Shown here piece by piece: positions 26,757 through 40,239 of a stretch of DNA of 64,000 bases. The position numbers and the translations under genes were made by a program. The notes under the pieces are model-generated. The model saw only the letters and a list, made by a program, of their open reading frames with translations, was not told the origin of the DNA and ran no database searches. This DNA is from Balamuthia mandrillaris. Its lineage: Eukaryota. The DNA lies in contig JAVKOQ020000017.1 in the NCBI GenBank assembly GCA_031835245.2, positions 124,001 through 188,000 on the forward strand, in the 5' to 3' direction. The first letter of the stretch is position 1. Every line of letters begins with the position of its first letter.

Positions 26757-29700
26757 TCAAGCGCTGTTCTTGCTATTTTTCTGTTGCTGTTGGTTCTTAT
26801 TATTCTTGTTCTGCTTCTTTGGCTTTGGGTTTTGGTTCTGTTTCTTGTTTGGCTGGTGTTGCGGTGGATTCTCTTTCCTTGGCTTCTTCCTGTTTCGTTC
26901 TTGGTTGGCGGCTGTTTGTTGCTGTTGTTTCTGTTGCTGGGCAGCCTTCTTTCCTTGCGGTTTGTCCTTCTTCTCCTTTTGCTCTTTCTTTGGTTCTCCT
27001 TCTTTCGCTTCTTCCTTCTCTCCTCCACGCTTTCTCTTTCGCGTTTGTGAGGATGGAGAGGAAGCAGAAGACGAAGCAACGACCATCATCGAAGAAGTAG
27101 CTGAGGAAGATGTTGTCAATAGGGGAAGTTCCAGAGCTTCAAAGATACGAAGACAATGGTTGCGAACAGCCTGTGAGCTGACGTTAGCTCGCACAATCGT
27201 TTCCAACGCTTCCTTAAAGTCTCCTTCTTTCACTGGCTCTCTGCTCTTAACAACTTGCTGTTTGTTTCCTCCTTTTTGGTTCTTCTTGTTCTTCTTTTCA
27301 TCGTCTTTCTCTTCTCCCTTCTCCTTCTGCTTCTTGTCTTCTTTCATCTCTTCTTCTTGTTTTTGTTCTTCGTGATACTTGAGGAACAGTTCTCTGACTT
27401 GCATAACTGGCAATCCGGAATGTTGCTTCAACGTTAACGCCAATTGCTTCACGCTTTGCAACACAGAAACAACTCGCCTCATCGTCTGTTTCTTCTTTTG
27501 CGTCTTATTGTTACTGTTTCCCTTCTTCTGCTTCTTATCATCATCGCCGTCAGCGTTCGTGTTCTCTTCTCCTTGTTGTTGCCTCAAAGCAGCAGCACCT
27601 TCCTTCAAAGCGACAATGCAAGCAAGAAGAACGGTCGGCAACACTTCCATCAAGTTACTCGCCCCTTCTCCCAAATGTTGTTGTTGCCGCAGCAGCGAAG
27701 ACAAGAACTGAAACGCGTGCGCCTTGGTAAACTCATTCTTGGCTATCGGTTTCGCAGTTACAACAGAGGCGTCAGTCCAACGAGGCGGCGCGTAAGTGTA
27801 GGATAATATTTTGGGCAGCAGCGTCCAGCTCAAAAGAGGGAACCGTTTGATCAGCTCCTCGAAGAAAGAGGGAGAGAGGCGGCTGTTCTTCCTCGTCATA
27901 AAGTCGTGTATCATCGGCGTCATTATAGTCACCACTCGCTCCGTTATTTGTTGTTGCTGTTCATTCGAAGACGACGATGCCAACAACACTTTCAGGATGT
28001 AAAAGATGGTTGAAGTCAACGGGGGCAGAGGAACAGAAGGAGCACGAATGGCAGCATCGACATAAACGCGAAGAGCGCTTTGCAATCGTTTCAATGGAAG
28101 GTCTTTGCCTTTGGGATAGTCTTTGCTGCGAGCGAGCTTGTTACCAACGAGGCTGCAGAGCTTGTCATGCAACGCCTTCATCTCACGAAGGCCAGAGGTG
28201 TCCTTGATGGCTGTCGCCAGAGGAGTAAGCAGGCGCAGCACGAGAGGATTGGCTCCTTCTTTGCGCACGTAGATATCCAGAAGGTCCACTACTCGACACC
28301 TAAAGTGAAGAATGTCTTGTGCCATTCCTTTTACAAGAGAACGAGGAAATTTAGTTAGGATAAAGAACAATGAGAAGAGACCAGAAGAAAAGAGGAGAGA
28401 ATCGGGCTGTTTGTGAGGTCAGGCAAACTGTGAAATTAAAAGATTGCTATCATCTCAGTGATCCACAATTAATGTTTGTCATCCTTTCGAGTTGCCCAAA
28501 GAAGAGGAGGGAGAGAGCGAGAGAAGCCGAAGTGGTAGGTACCTTTCTCAGCTGATTTTTGTTCTTTCATGTGTTTGAAAATCTCGGCCAACTTCTCATC
28601 CATCTTAAACATTTCGTCATCACCCATCAACTCTTCTTCCTCTTCTTCTTGTTCATCATCCAAATCACTTCCCACAACCTCTTCGACCTCGTCTTCATCC
28701 TCTTCATCTATCACATGACGTCCTAATGCCTCCTTGATTTGCTTCATTTTCTCTTTCGAGGGAGCTTGAGATTCATCATCGCCTCCTTCCTCAAATAGAG
28801 CATCCTCTTTCTTGGCAACTATGACATCCACCAGAACCTTCAATGCACGAGCGTTAAGCTGACTGCAAAATGCACGAAAGACTGTTCCTACGATATCGCG
28901 CAAAAGGCTGGAAGGCTTCGCTAAGAGAGATACCAAAATGTCCACCAGTACCAAAATGGACTCCGGCTCTTCCTCTTCCTCGTCATCTTCATCTTCACTG
29001 TCTTCTTCGCCATCTTCCTCTTCTTCCATTTTATCATCGTTTGCTTTTTTCGATTTTTTGTCTTGAGATTTGTTTTTTGTAGTCGATGAGGACGTCACTG
29101 TATTGACACGTTCCCAACATTCGATCAGTTCGTCCAAGACTTCCACACCTTCCTCCCCATCCACATAAAGTTGAAGTCCCACGTGAAGAAACAATAGCTC
29201 GAAAGCTCGCCATTGTCCTTTTAAAGCGCCACTTGTTCCTCTTTTTCCACTCTTCTTGTTCTTCAGGCGTTCGGCGTGAATGTGCTTCACGATGCGCAAC
29301 ATTTTAGCTCGGCTCTCCTTGGCCGCTTCAGAGAGCAACGGAACAGCACCTTCTTCTTCGCCTTCATCGCTGCGCAAAGAACGAGGAAGCAAAGAAATAA
29401 CGGAGGAAGAAGAAGCCATGCTCTCCATTTCATTTTGCACGTTGGTGACGCGCCAGATCCACAACTCGCCATTGTTCATAGCACCTTCAGCAGTTGATGG
29501 CGTTCTCTTCTTTGTTGTTTCTGATCGTTGGTTGCTGGTATCGTCGCCATTAGAACTGGAACTGGAGCCGAGATGTCGGAGGAGAGAATAGAAAGCTTTG
29601 GAACATGCGTGACGCACACGGGGCGATAATTCTGGTTCAGGTCTTGTACCAACCTTTCGTGACGAAGTACACATTAAAACTTGTTGAAGAGAGAGAGAGA

Positions 29701-31919
29701 GAGAGAGAGAGAGAAGTACGTACTCCCCAGTCTTCGAGCCTCTTCAAATCTTCCTCTACAGAAGATGAGGCATTGCCTTTCTTTGCTTTTGTTTTCTTTT
29801 TCTTCTTTGCTTGTTGATTGGAAGCGTTGCTCTCACCACTCAGCTTCCGGAAGAAGAACGCATGGAACATGAGGAACCGCAACATGCGCAGCAGCCATTC
29901 CTCGTCTCTATTGTAGAGGATGCTGCTGTTACGCAACAGATTTCCCATTTGATCCAACGCCCACAACCGAATGCCGTCAATTTTCTTTTCTGTGTCTTCT
30001 TGTTGCTTCTCTTCTTCCTCTTCCTCTTCCTCTATTTCCATGGTCTTTGTTCCTCCGGCAGTCAAAAAGATATCTTGCAAATGAGCAGTAAACTGTTGAA
30101 CTCCCTCCGAGTTCAATCCGTTGAGCAGTTGACGAACAGTGTGCGTTTTTGTGATGGTATCAAACTGTTTGTTTCCGTTCGCTCCCTTTTTTTAAAAGCA
30201 GTGTCAGTGAAATTAAGAGCTGAGGAGACGAGAGCAGAGGAAGTACCGTAAGCTGCAACACAATTGCTAATCGTACTTGCATATCTTTTTCCGCTGCGGT
30301 GGTCATAATTGGAAGCTGTGAAAAATAAACATTGTATAAGTTTTTATGAATAAAGGAATTGCAAAGAAGAAATAACATAAGAAGAAGACCAATAAGAAGA
30401 ACGTACGACGTTCTTTGCCGCATCGTGCAAAAAGTTTTCAGCAGATGACAGATTATTGATGAGACAACGTAAGAATCCCTTTGTGAAAAGACTGGGCACA
30501 TGTTCAGCTGGTAAATGGGGAATTATCCTCTTGAACAACTCAAATCCTAAATACTTGGCTGGATACGATCCGGTAAAGAAATGACCTACAAAACGAACAG
30601 AACATTAAACGTAAGTTGGTGGTAGTTCGACCACATAAGAATGGAAACAACAAAAAAATCAAAAGATAAACAAAAAAAAGATGGTTTACGTTCAGCAATC
30701 GCAGCCCACAGCTTCACCAAAAAGTCATAGTTGGGAGAGCGTTTTTGGTGATCGGCTGCTTGGGGCAAAGCAGCAGCAAGGATGGCATCCCACAGGGAAT
30801 GCACTTTGGGGTGAACGTAAAGCGACTCCTTGCAGGCATGAGTCATTGGGGAGAGGTTAGAGGGTTGAAGGATGTCGCCAGTGGCCCATGGAGCACCACA
30901 ACTCTTTCGCATGTCGAACTACATGAATTGTTAAAAAAAATGGGAAACAAAACAACGCAAATGGGAAATACATATGTTCATACGTACAGTGAAACGTTGT
31001 TGGAAAGCGATAGCAAGGGCGAGGCTCTCCGGAGAGAGCTCGCTGGGTTTCTTGCCCTCAGGGAGGACGTGCTGAAGGAACAACGGAAGGACGTGCGTCT
31101 CAAAGCATCGCTGTGTTAACTGCTCGAGAAAGCCGCTGATGGCGCAGTGGCAGACTTCCGCCAGGAAAGACTTTTTGGAGGAGAGCTCAAACAGTCTTCG
31201 CACGACTTCTTCCGCCAACTTTTCTTTCTCGTCAGCTGCTTCTCCTCCGGTTGTTTCCTCTTTCTCCTCTCCTTTCTTTTGCTTTTTTTGCTTTTTTGGT
31301 TTTTCGGAGTGACCATTTTGCTGGTGAGCAGATGGGGTCGTTTGGATGAGGTTTAGGCGTTGTGAACGTATGATGGAGAGGAGGCCAAAGAGGTTGCCAA
31401 AGTGGGCATCTTTCTCTTCCTGTGGAAACGGTTTTAAAGAGAGAAAGATGAGTGTTAAGGATAAAGAGAGAAATAGCAAAAAAAAAAAAGAACGGACCTG
31501 GCCTTTGGCATTGTTGCTGGGGATCAGATTCTCATCGATGAGCTTGAAAACGGAGTCGATGGTAACTATCGGAAAAGTGTGTAGTAACTTTTTTGTTTGG
31601 TTTGATGGTCAGCAAAGGAAAAAAAATCAGTTTCTCAGCTTTTTTTCAAACACAAAGCGAAAAAAAAAAATACCTCAGTGAGTGCTAAAGCATAGCCTTG
31701 ACGAGCTCCTTCGCGAGAAGATGCCAATCCTCTCACCAAACGCTTCACCGAGTACGTCAGCTCCTGGCAGCACTCCGTCCCTGCGGCAGCGGTCTTTTCG
31801 CTCCGCTGCTGCAGCTCGACCAGCGAGCCGATCAACTCCTTCGCTCCGCTGTGTCGCTTGGCGGGGTCCAAATTGGCGAGCTCCCAAAAGCGTTCCAAGA
31901 TCCCTCCCTGTAGAGCCAT
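26757..31919 (-). CDS. MYBBP1A: Myb-binding protein 1A / Pol5 (DNA polymerase phi) family nucleolar protein, multi-exon
   Basis: ILERFWELA, YSVKRLVRGLASSREGARQGYALALTE, HPKVHSLWD, LVDILVSLLAKPSSLLR, DDEMFKMDEKLAEIF, HFRCRVVDLLDIY; Lys-rich tail. Confidence 0.88.
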
Positions 31920-32155
31920 TTGAAACCAAACAAAGAAGAAGAGAAGAACGGCAGCTGGTTGCTCTCCTTCCTTCCCTTTCTTTTTATTTTCCTTTAGTCG
32001 ACAATAAAAGACGAAACGGAATTTTTTTGGAAGGAATGTTTGGAATGTGGTCCCATAATATTTCGTAACATTTATTGTAGACAGATCAATGATCAATCAG
32101 TCGATTTTTTGATTTTTCGTTGGTTGGATAGTCGACAAAAATGTTTGCTGCTGAT

Positions 32156-33111
32156 CTATTTTCTCTCCCTAAAGTTGGCGATGAGCATGCCATCCACAGG
32201 GAGGGTGGGCATCTCGTCGTTGTAGATGGTGAACCTCTGCGTCGGCCAGTCCCACTCAAAGTCACGAATGAGGCGTGCCGCGGTGGCTTTCATCATCAAC
32301 GTGGCGAGATGCTCGCCTGCACATCTGTGAGTCTGTTTTACGTCCCCTCCTCCTTTTTTGTTGTTTTGATTTGTGTTAGAGAAACATGGGCAAGACAAAG
32401 GAAAGGAAAGATAAGAAAAGCATAAAAAGAAAAAGGAGAAAACACGAATGTCACACTACCATGTTGCACGAGGGTGAACAACGGGTCCTCCCTTTCATTC
32501 TCCTTTCTCTCCCAGCGAAGCGGATCAAAGCGATCAGGCTCGTCCCACACACGTGGGTCTCGATGGATAGCGTGAATAGCGAGCACCATCAAATAGTCCT
32601 TGGGGAAATAGTAGCCGTCGTTCTCAAAGGATTTCTTCACACGGGCGGACAAGAGAGGGATGCAAGGATAGAAGCGCTTGACCTCCCTGATAAAGCATTC
32701 GCAGTAATTCATTCCCTCAAGAAAGTCAGAGTCCTTGTAGAATGAATGCCCTGTCTCGTCATTCCGGTTTCTCTGAGAGTAGTCAGAGAGGAGATTGTTC
32801 AGCTCTTGACTAACTGATTCCACCACCTGCGGATACTCGTGCAAAGCATGAAGCATAAACGTTTGAAGATAGCCTAATGTTCAATTTTGTTATCAGTAAC
32901 ACAGAAAGAATTTCTTTTCATAAAAAGAAACAACATGATTGTGAAAACAAATAACATACCCACAAGCATTGTAGGTCTAAGGGCGTTGATGAGTTCTTCC
33001 ACCTGTACTTCTTCTGGGAAGTGTTTGCCTTCGATATCCGTTCCCGTGACTATCGATTTCAAGAAGCAATCCTCTGTCAACACAGACCTATAAATTAGGA
33101 CTGTTTCGCTA

Positions 33112-33147
<36 letters not shown>

Positions 33148-34032
33148 TTGGCGTTACGTACCCACTTCTTGGCCCTCATCCAGTCTTCTCTTAGTCTCCT
33201 TCACCAATCCCATGAGCCATTTGCTGAGCTTCCTCCTGGCCTTGCCCGCTTTGGACTGACGAAAACCGGGAACCTCTACGGGGAAGATAGCGGCGCCAAT
33301 AATCTCCATGATGTGCACCAGCTGCGTGGCTCTCTTTTCCACCTCGGTCAGCGGTGGGTCGTGGATGCCCAGGACGTAAGCCATGGCCAGTTCCGTGTCC
33401 ATCTGGATGAACTGCTCACTGCACTTGATGGTGCCCCCTTGGGAGCTCCTCTCCTTCCATCGCTGCAGGTACTTGTCCAGGATGGAGCCGTAGAGCACGA
33501 GGTACCTGCGCAGGTGAGCAACATCAAACGAGGCGAGGACCTGGGCCTTCCTGCACCGGTGGTCCTCCCCATCCATGGTGACCATGGTGTTTGCCCCAAA
33601 GAAGTACTTGGTCAGCTGCTTGGCATAGCCGCCGGCCCGAGTGACAAGGTTCTCGTCGTAGAAGAGCTTGGCCTCCTTGGCGCCGGCGATGACGATGGCC
33701 CTCTCCCCCATGAGGTGCGCTCTAAAGAGCGGGGTGTAGCGGCCGCTCTCGGGGGCATGGCTTTTGCGAAGGAAAAAATCGTAGCCGTCGCGGATGAGGG
33801 ACAGGTTTTGACCCACCAGGGGCTTACCAAAGGAGCCCGGCGGGAGCTTAGCGTGGTGGAAGCCTTCGCGCTCGGCCTGCCGCTCCTCCTGCGTGGTGTC
33901 CTCGCTGTGGAGGAGGTGGGAGGGATCCAGACCCACCTTAAACAGCGGTTTGTCATGCCGGTGCTTCAGCTCGCTCTCCAAACGTTTCTCCTGCGCCTCT
34001 TCCTCCGGGAGATGATGAGGTTTGTAGTCCAT
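32156..34032 (-). CDS. Cytochrome P450, CYP152-like fatty-acid peroxygenase (4 exons)
   Basis: I-helix ELINALRPTMLVGYLQTFMLHALHEYP (Arg-Pro pair of CYP152), EVKRFYP (ExxR), FDPLRW, heme loop QHGGGDVKQTHRCAGE. Confidence 0.88.
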
Positions 34033-34829
34033 TCTTTATTTTTCTACTTCTTTTTTTTCAAAGCTGGTCGCTGCAAGCAGAAAACAACAAAACGGTCTCA
34101 GCTGTAACAACCATCACACCATCACTGTAAAGCAGACGGTCCGTCTTGGCGCTACATTATTTCTACCATTTTGCGTCTTGCTACTGGCTTTCTTTCCTCC
34201 TCTTCGCCTTCTACTTTCTTGTGGTTTGAAACTCTGATCTGATCTTACATAGCGAAATTTTTTGAATTTTGATTGGACTCTATCTGTCCCTTATCTGCCG
34301 AAAATTTGATAACCGCATCGTCTGTCCCACAGACAGGAACCGTCCAGGGGCCTTCACACAAACCCACCAAATAAAAAGCCGGACGTGTTTTTCCCACCAT
34401 CCTAGTCCTGCGTTTCTCTATTCCCCCGCGTGAAAACCCAAATAAAGGCCTGTTGTGCATCCCTACATTTGGACAAAGTTACAAATTTCCACACCACCAA
34501 ACAACAACAGGCAACAAATGAGGGGGAAACCTCAAGACATGTCTGACAGTCCGGGGTTCGTTTCGTTCGTTTTTTGTTATTGTGTTCTGCTTCCCTCCGT
34601 TTTTTTTGTTTGGTTACGCACACACACACACTCCGACAAAGATAATAGTACTCACGCCCACCAGCACAAACTCAGGGAGGATAGGGGAGGGGAGAGAGCT
34701 CGCTTGTGTTCTTTTCTTTTTTTTTTGTTCAACTGCGGAAACACATCTTCTCCGGATCAGAACTTTTTTTTTCGCCTGCCGTAGAACCTTGTTGTGCCTG
34801 CGCGACGAAACGACGAACGGCGAAGAAAA

Positions 34830-36707
34830 ATGTCTTCCACCTCTACCCCACCTTTGCTCTTGCACACCGACTCTGCCGAAAGAAGGCAAGAAGACCAACT
34901 ACCGTTGGTAAACCGAAAGAGGAAAGAAGCCTCTTCGACCGAGTTCAGCGGCGCAGAAGAGCTCGAAGAAGAGGAAGAGGATCTGCTATCCGACTGCGAC
35001 TCCATGGCCCTGTCCTTGCTCTCTTCGTCTGCCGATGGCTCACCACAACTCACCCCTTCGGCAGCCATCCCAATGAGGGTGTGCATGGACATGGATCTCG
35101 GAGAGGAAAGCTCCTTTGAGGAGGAGAAAGGGTTGTTGTTGTCCACCAACAAGACGTTTCCCCTTCTGCGGTTGGGACGACATGGGATTCGCTGCGGCTC
35201 CGCTCTCCTCAAAGGGCTCGCTACAGCAATAGAGCCAGAAGAGCGGCATGAGGCAGAATGCAACGAGTCGGATGACTATGAGGACGAAGAGGACTCGGCA
35301 CCTGTCTCCATCAACGAGGTGTTTCCTGACGAGATCTTATTTATGGTGCTCTATTGGCTGAATGGAAAGGACGTGGGCCTCTCTGCTGCTCCTGTTTGCA
35401 AGCGCTGGTACTATCTCACCACAGAAGACTACTTTTGGAAGGCGCTCGTATATCGGGGTATTTATGCCTCTCCGTTCTTTCTCTTCTTTTTTGTTGGTTT
35501 TTTTTTTCTGTCGTTCGTTTGTGATTTTTTGCTCATCGAAGTTGAATATAAACGCACATAGACCACGGAGCTGAAGTGCAAAAGCCTCCTGAAAAGTCGT
35601 GGTTATGGTTCTATAGAAGCAAAACTGTAAGAGTGCTTCTTGCTCTTTCCTGCTAAACAAACGTTGAAAACAAACTCTCCCTTCTCTTCTTTTCGTTTCT
35701 CTTTTTGAAAAAAGGTGCTATATAAAGAACCAGAAGTAACCAACGCAACGGGAGTGGGCACCAACGGCACAAACTATGAGGGAGAATGGAAGGATGGCAA
35801 GTTCCACGGCTTTGGCACGCAAACGTGGAAGGAAGCAGTCTACGTAGGGGAATTCGTTAACGGAAAGAGAGAAGGACAAGGCAAGCAGACATGGGACAAA
35901 GGCGACGTCTACGAGGGTCAATGGAAAGATGGTACATTTCTTTCGAAATATGCTGAGAGAAAGAGAAAGAGAAAGAGAAAGAGAAAGAGAAAGAGAAAGA
36001 GAAAGAGAAAGAGAAAGAGAAAGAGAAAGAGAAAGAGAAAGAGAAAGAGAAAGAGAAAGAGAAAGAGAAAGAGAAAGTGACAGAGAGAGCGACAGAGAGA
36101 CAAAGAGACAGAGAGACAGAGAGAGGGAGCGAGTAAGTAGGAAGACATAGCAAGAGAGAACAGAGTGTAAATAAGAGTTTAGTTCAATGGACTCATCAAT
36201 GTTCTTATATCTATAGGAAATCCACATGGGTTTGGGTACAAGACTTGGCCATGCGGAGACACATACGTGGGGGACTGGGAGGAGGGCCACCGCATGGGCT
36301 TTGGGGAGTACACCTGGCCCTCGGGCCACCGCTACAAGGGGGAGTGGCGGAACAAGCTCCAAAGCGGGCGTGGTGTCTACACCTGGTCCGATGGGCGGTG
36401 CTACGACGGCGAGTGGACCGAGGGGGAGAAGCACGGCATGGGCAAGTACTCCTGGCCCAACGGCTGCTGCTATGAGGGTCCCTGGAACGAGGGCAAGCGG
36501 CATGGCCCCCAAGGCAAGATGACTTGGCCGGACGGCACCTACTTTGTGGGCCGGTGGGAGTTTGATGTGAGGCGGGAGGGCACCTCCTACGAGAAGGATG
36601 GCACCCCAGCTTTTTTCAACTTCCCGTTGGGCAGCAAGCCTTTGGACGATTACTTTTCGATTCCAGATGACCTTTGGGATCGTAAGTATGGACCCAGCTC
36701 GCATTGA
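34830..36707 (+). CDS. F-box plus MORN-repeat protein, multi-exon
   Basis: FPDEILFMVLYWL...VCKRWY F-box; multiple YxGEWxxGxxHGxGxYTW MORN repeats. Confidence 0.85.
35955..36076 (+). repeat. Intronic (GAGAAA)n hexanucleotide repeat
   Basis: Seen directly. Confidence 0.92.
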
Positions 36708-36957
36708 TGGTGTGGTGGTTCGAATTTTTCTTTTTGGGTTGGATGAAGAGGGGAGGAAACCGTTTTCTTTTTTTTTTTTCTTGTTCTCCTTCTTCTCTCC
36801 TCTTTACTTTGGACCCGAGTGGATGGGTGGGATGGTGGGCAGCCGAACCATCCTCACCAGCAGGATAGTTTTGTTGCTTTTCTCTTCAGAAAAAAAGTGT
36901 AACAGTAAAACAAAATTGCGGATTGTCCACCCTCGGGACGACACAAGAAATTGCATT

Positions 36958-37110
36958 GGAAACTTCGTAAAATGAATTTCGTCTAAATTTCCGTACAGCA
37001 GAATGGAGAAAGAAGATTGAAGGAAGACCGGACGAAAATCCACGCCACAATCAGAACGTGAGGAAGGAGCGAAGCGGGGCCTTCACCTACAACCAATATG
37101 AAACTATAAA
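36958..37110 (+). promoter_or_regulatory. Candidate HSP20 promoter: nGAAnnTTCn heat-shock-element unit and TATA box
   Basis: gGAAacTTCg at 36958-36967 and CTATAAAA at ~37103-37110 upstream of the HSP20 ATG. Confidence 0.4.
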
Positions 37111-37192
37111 AGCGGGCATCTCGGTTCGTTCGGTCTTAAAATCGCTAATCACGCACAAAACGAACACACAACACATAAAACACAGCACATCA

Positions 37193-38050
37193 ATGAACCC
37201 AATGAAGCGTAACTTCACGACGCTGAGCAGACCATCAGCCTCACTGCTTCGACTACGTCCAGACACTCTGGCCCTTCGTCACCAACAGGGCATCCTCGCT
37301 CCAGTGACCTCCTGCTCCGCGCTTCGCTCCGCCACTTCTCCCCTCTTCAACGAGGAGCGTGTGCAAAAGAGGTTCTACGCTGCAGAGACTCCACAAGAAA
37401 ACGAAAAAAAGCAACCAGAGAACGAGAAAAAGGACACCTCCGTGGAAGTATCTGGCGGTGAGAGCGAAGGCGGGGAAGGTAGAAGAAGAAGAAGCCGAAG
37501 AAGAGACCTAGCTCGAATGAGAGACCAGGACGAGGACGAGGATGAGTTCTTTGCCGACCCCTTCAGCTCTGCGTTGAGCCCATGGAGCCGACTCTCCGCC
37601 TCTCCGTTCACCATGATGGACCGCATGCTCAGGGACCCGTTCGCAGGCTTCTTCGACCGGGACGTCTTCGACCCGATGGCGGAGCTGGGCAGGACCACGC
37701 ATTGGACCCCTCGCGTGGATGTCAGCGAGAGCGACAACGAGCTGACCGTGCACGCCGAGTTACCCGGAGTGAAAAAGGACGACATCAAGGTGGAGCTAAA
37801 GAACGACTTCCTCACGATCACAGGGGAGAAGAGGTTCAGCCAGAAGAAGGAGGAAGGGGACGAGAAGAAAGGGCAGCAGTACCGCAGGATCGAGCAGAGC
37901 TACGGGTACTTCTCGAGGAGGTTCGCCCTGCCAGAGGGGTGCGACCCCTCCCAGGTGAAGGCCAAGTTCGAGAACGGGGTGTTGGAGGTGAGCATCCCCA
38001 AGCCCAAGGAGGAGGAGGTGGCCAAGAGGCATACCATCGAGATTCAATAA
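37193..38050 (+). CDS. Small heat-shock protein (HSP20/alpha-crystallin), likely mitochondrial, intronless
   Basis: WTPRVDVSE, AELPGVKKDDIKVEL, YGYFSRRFALP, AKFENGVLEVSIPK, C-terminal IEI motif; Arg/Ser-rich presequence. Confidence 0.92.
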   Translation: MNPMKRNFTTLSRPSASLLRLRPDTLALRHQQGILAPVTSCSALRSATSPLFNEERVQKRFYAAETPQENEKKQPENEKKDTSVEVSGGESEGGEGRRRRSRRRDLARMRDQDEDEDEFFADPFSSALSPWSRLSASPFTMMDRMLRDPFAGFFDRDVFDPMAELGRTTHWTPRVDVSESDNELTVHAELPGVKKDDIKVELKNDFLTITGEKRFSQKKEEGDEKKGQQYRRIEQSYGYFSRRFALPEGCDPSQVKAKFENGVLEVSIPKPKEEEVAKRHTIEIQ

Positions 38051-38525
38051 GCCGCAGGAAGAAGGGAAGGCGGGTGTGAACGGGCAGGCTGCACGGGAAC
38101 AAGCCGAATCACCGGGACGAAGCAAGACCCTCGATGGGCGCTCCCAACGAACCATAAAAAAACAAAAGAACAACATCATGTGAATAGTTGTGAATAAAAG
38201 AAAGAAAAATAACAGCTAAGCAACATAATTCATTTATTTATTCAAATGGTCCCAAATTTGGGTAACTTTTCGCTTTTTGGTATCGTGGCAATATTTGGAA
38301 TTTTCATTATAGTGCTGCGGATTGCGTTCGTGGAATACCAAACAAATAAAGTGAACGCAAACGATACTCCCGCAAACTAGTTTTGTTCTCTGCAGGCAGC
38401 ACCCTCCCCTGCTGGCCAACTTCGGCTTTTCTTGCCGGCTGCCGTACTGCCCAAACAAAACAACAACAAAAAAAAAGCAGCATTACACACCAACAGTTTT
38501 TTTTTGTTAAAAAAAACCAATTAGA

Positions 38526-39974
38526 ATGCGGTCAGCGCAAGAACTCGCTTTCAAGCCTTTCGCCTCTCTGCCTCTCCTCCTCTTCCTTCTACTTGGCTTG
38601 GACTTTTATAATGGCGCCTTTACAGCAGCCGCCGTAACGCAGATAGACGGCGAGGCGTATCTCGCCGAATGGCTCGAGCACGGCCCTTCGCTTCGGCTCT
38701 GCCCCAAGACTAAAAACGGGACGGTCCTTCGCGAAGATTATTTCGTGTGGGACATTCTTCACTTTCAAGAGAAGGTGAACTGTTACTGCTGCAAGACCTC
38801 CACGTTGGGCTATAAGATGGTGAACTGCAACGATGAGGAAGGACTGGGCCCGCTTGTGGACCTGAAGAGGAACGTAACTTGGCAGTTGGAGGAGGTGGAG
38901 CCGGGGAGGAGGATCACTTGGACCACGAATGACTTTGCGGGAGAGGCCGTGATTCGGTTTACGTTTGAGGACTTGTTTGAAGATCGTACAGTTTCTATGA
39001 CGTATGCCTTCCCTTTTACTCCCTGCTTCCCACGTCTCACCCTCCTCACTCGTTCTATCTTCGCACGTCCTCTCTTGTGCTCTCGCTCCTTTCTTCCTTT
39101 CCCTTTGTTCTTCATTTTTCCTCATATCCCTTCGTTTGGTGTTGTCACACCGTACGGTCCACACCAACAGTAACGGCATTGAGACGCGAGTGATCCAGTT
39201 CAGCAAAGGAGGCTTGAAGTTCTCCGTCAATATCACCAATTACTCTCCTTTCATGTTTAACATAACGGAGGAGCCCGATCGATACTTTGGTATGACCACG
39301 ATGAACCGTTTTTACTTGAGCCGTCCTGCACACAACACGACAGAACTGGGCATTTTCAACCTTGGCCCTGCTTCAAAATTTAGCCAGTATCAAATCCCTC
39401 TGGTCATACGGACCAAGGAAGAACCTTTCATGAGCGTCACGTTCATTCAGGTTTGTGCCTTCTTCTCCTTCTCCTTCTCCTTCTCCTTTTCCTGCTCACG
39501 TGTATCCTACTCCATTCTTGTCGCCTGTAGACCATGTTTTCGGTGCAAGATCCTCCAAGCAGCTCCAGAGAGCTTTTACCTGAATCCGAATGGGGCTTCG
39601 AGGTGCCGGATGCCGTTCAAAGGGATTTATATGTCGTTGATGGAGAGATCATGGGTCAGGACATAGAGTTTATCTTTGGAGGAGCTCGGTCAGTCTACTA
39701 CGATCCTGACCTGAGCATTCTTTTCGGGGAGGAGGCAGGTGTGGATGATGGAGAAGATGGAGCGGAGGATGGGGTGGTGGACGAAACATCTTCGCAAGGG
39801 CACAAGGAAGGAGATGGAGCGGACGACGTGGCATTACCGGTGGCCCTAAGTCTTTCGGTGGGCGGGTTGTTGGTGGTGGTGGTTGTAGTGATTGGCTTCT
39901 TTGCGGTCAAGCACTACAGGGCGAAGAAAGCGAACAAGGAAGACTTGGATCATGAAGAAACTGTAAACTTTTGA
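38526..39974 (+). CDS. Hypothetical type I membrane/surface protein (3 exons)
   Basis: N-terminal signal-like LPLLLFLLLG, Cys-containing ectodomain, VYYDPDLSILF, TM VALSLSVGGLLVVVVVVIGFFAV followed by basic KHYRAKK. Confidence 0.7.
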
Positions 39975-40068
39975 AGCAACACAACGCACAGACCTCATTA
40001 ATTTATCAGATCAAATTTGACGTCATTATGATTCGTGTCGTCGTGAAAAATTTTGTCTCTCCTGTTAA

Positions 40069-40239
40069 GGCGGCGCCAAGATCAAGCCGATCAATGGGAC
40101 AACGAAGATAAAGCAAAATTAGTGAAAGGAAAACAAAAAACAGAGAAACAAAAAATAACCCACCTCCGGCGTGCCTAATCACGGCTTGTCTTACGACTCG
40201 CTATAAGCAACGGTGCCGGCACCAAAGCAACCTTACCGC
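40069..40239 (-). ncRNA. Putative omegaRNA scaffold of the Fanzor/TnpB element
   Basis: Lies between the nuclease-fragment stop codon and the element end; minus-strand hairpins GGUG-CCGG-CACC, GUC-GUAA-GAC (GNRA loop) and CGUG-AUUAGG-CACG. Positional inference only. Confidence 0.4.
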
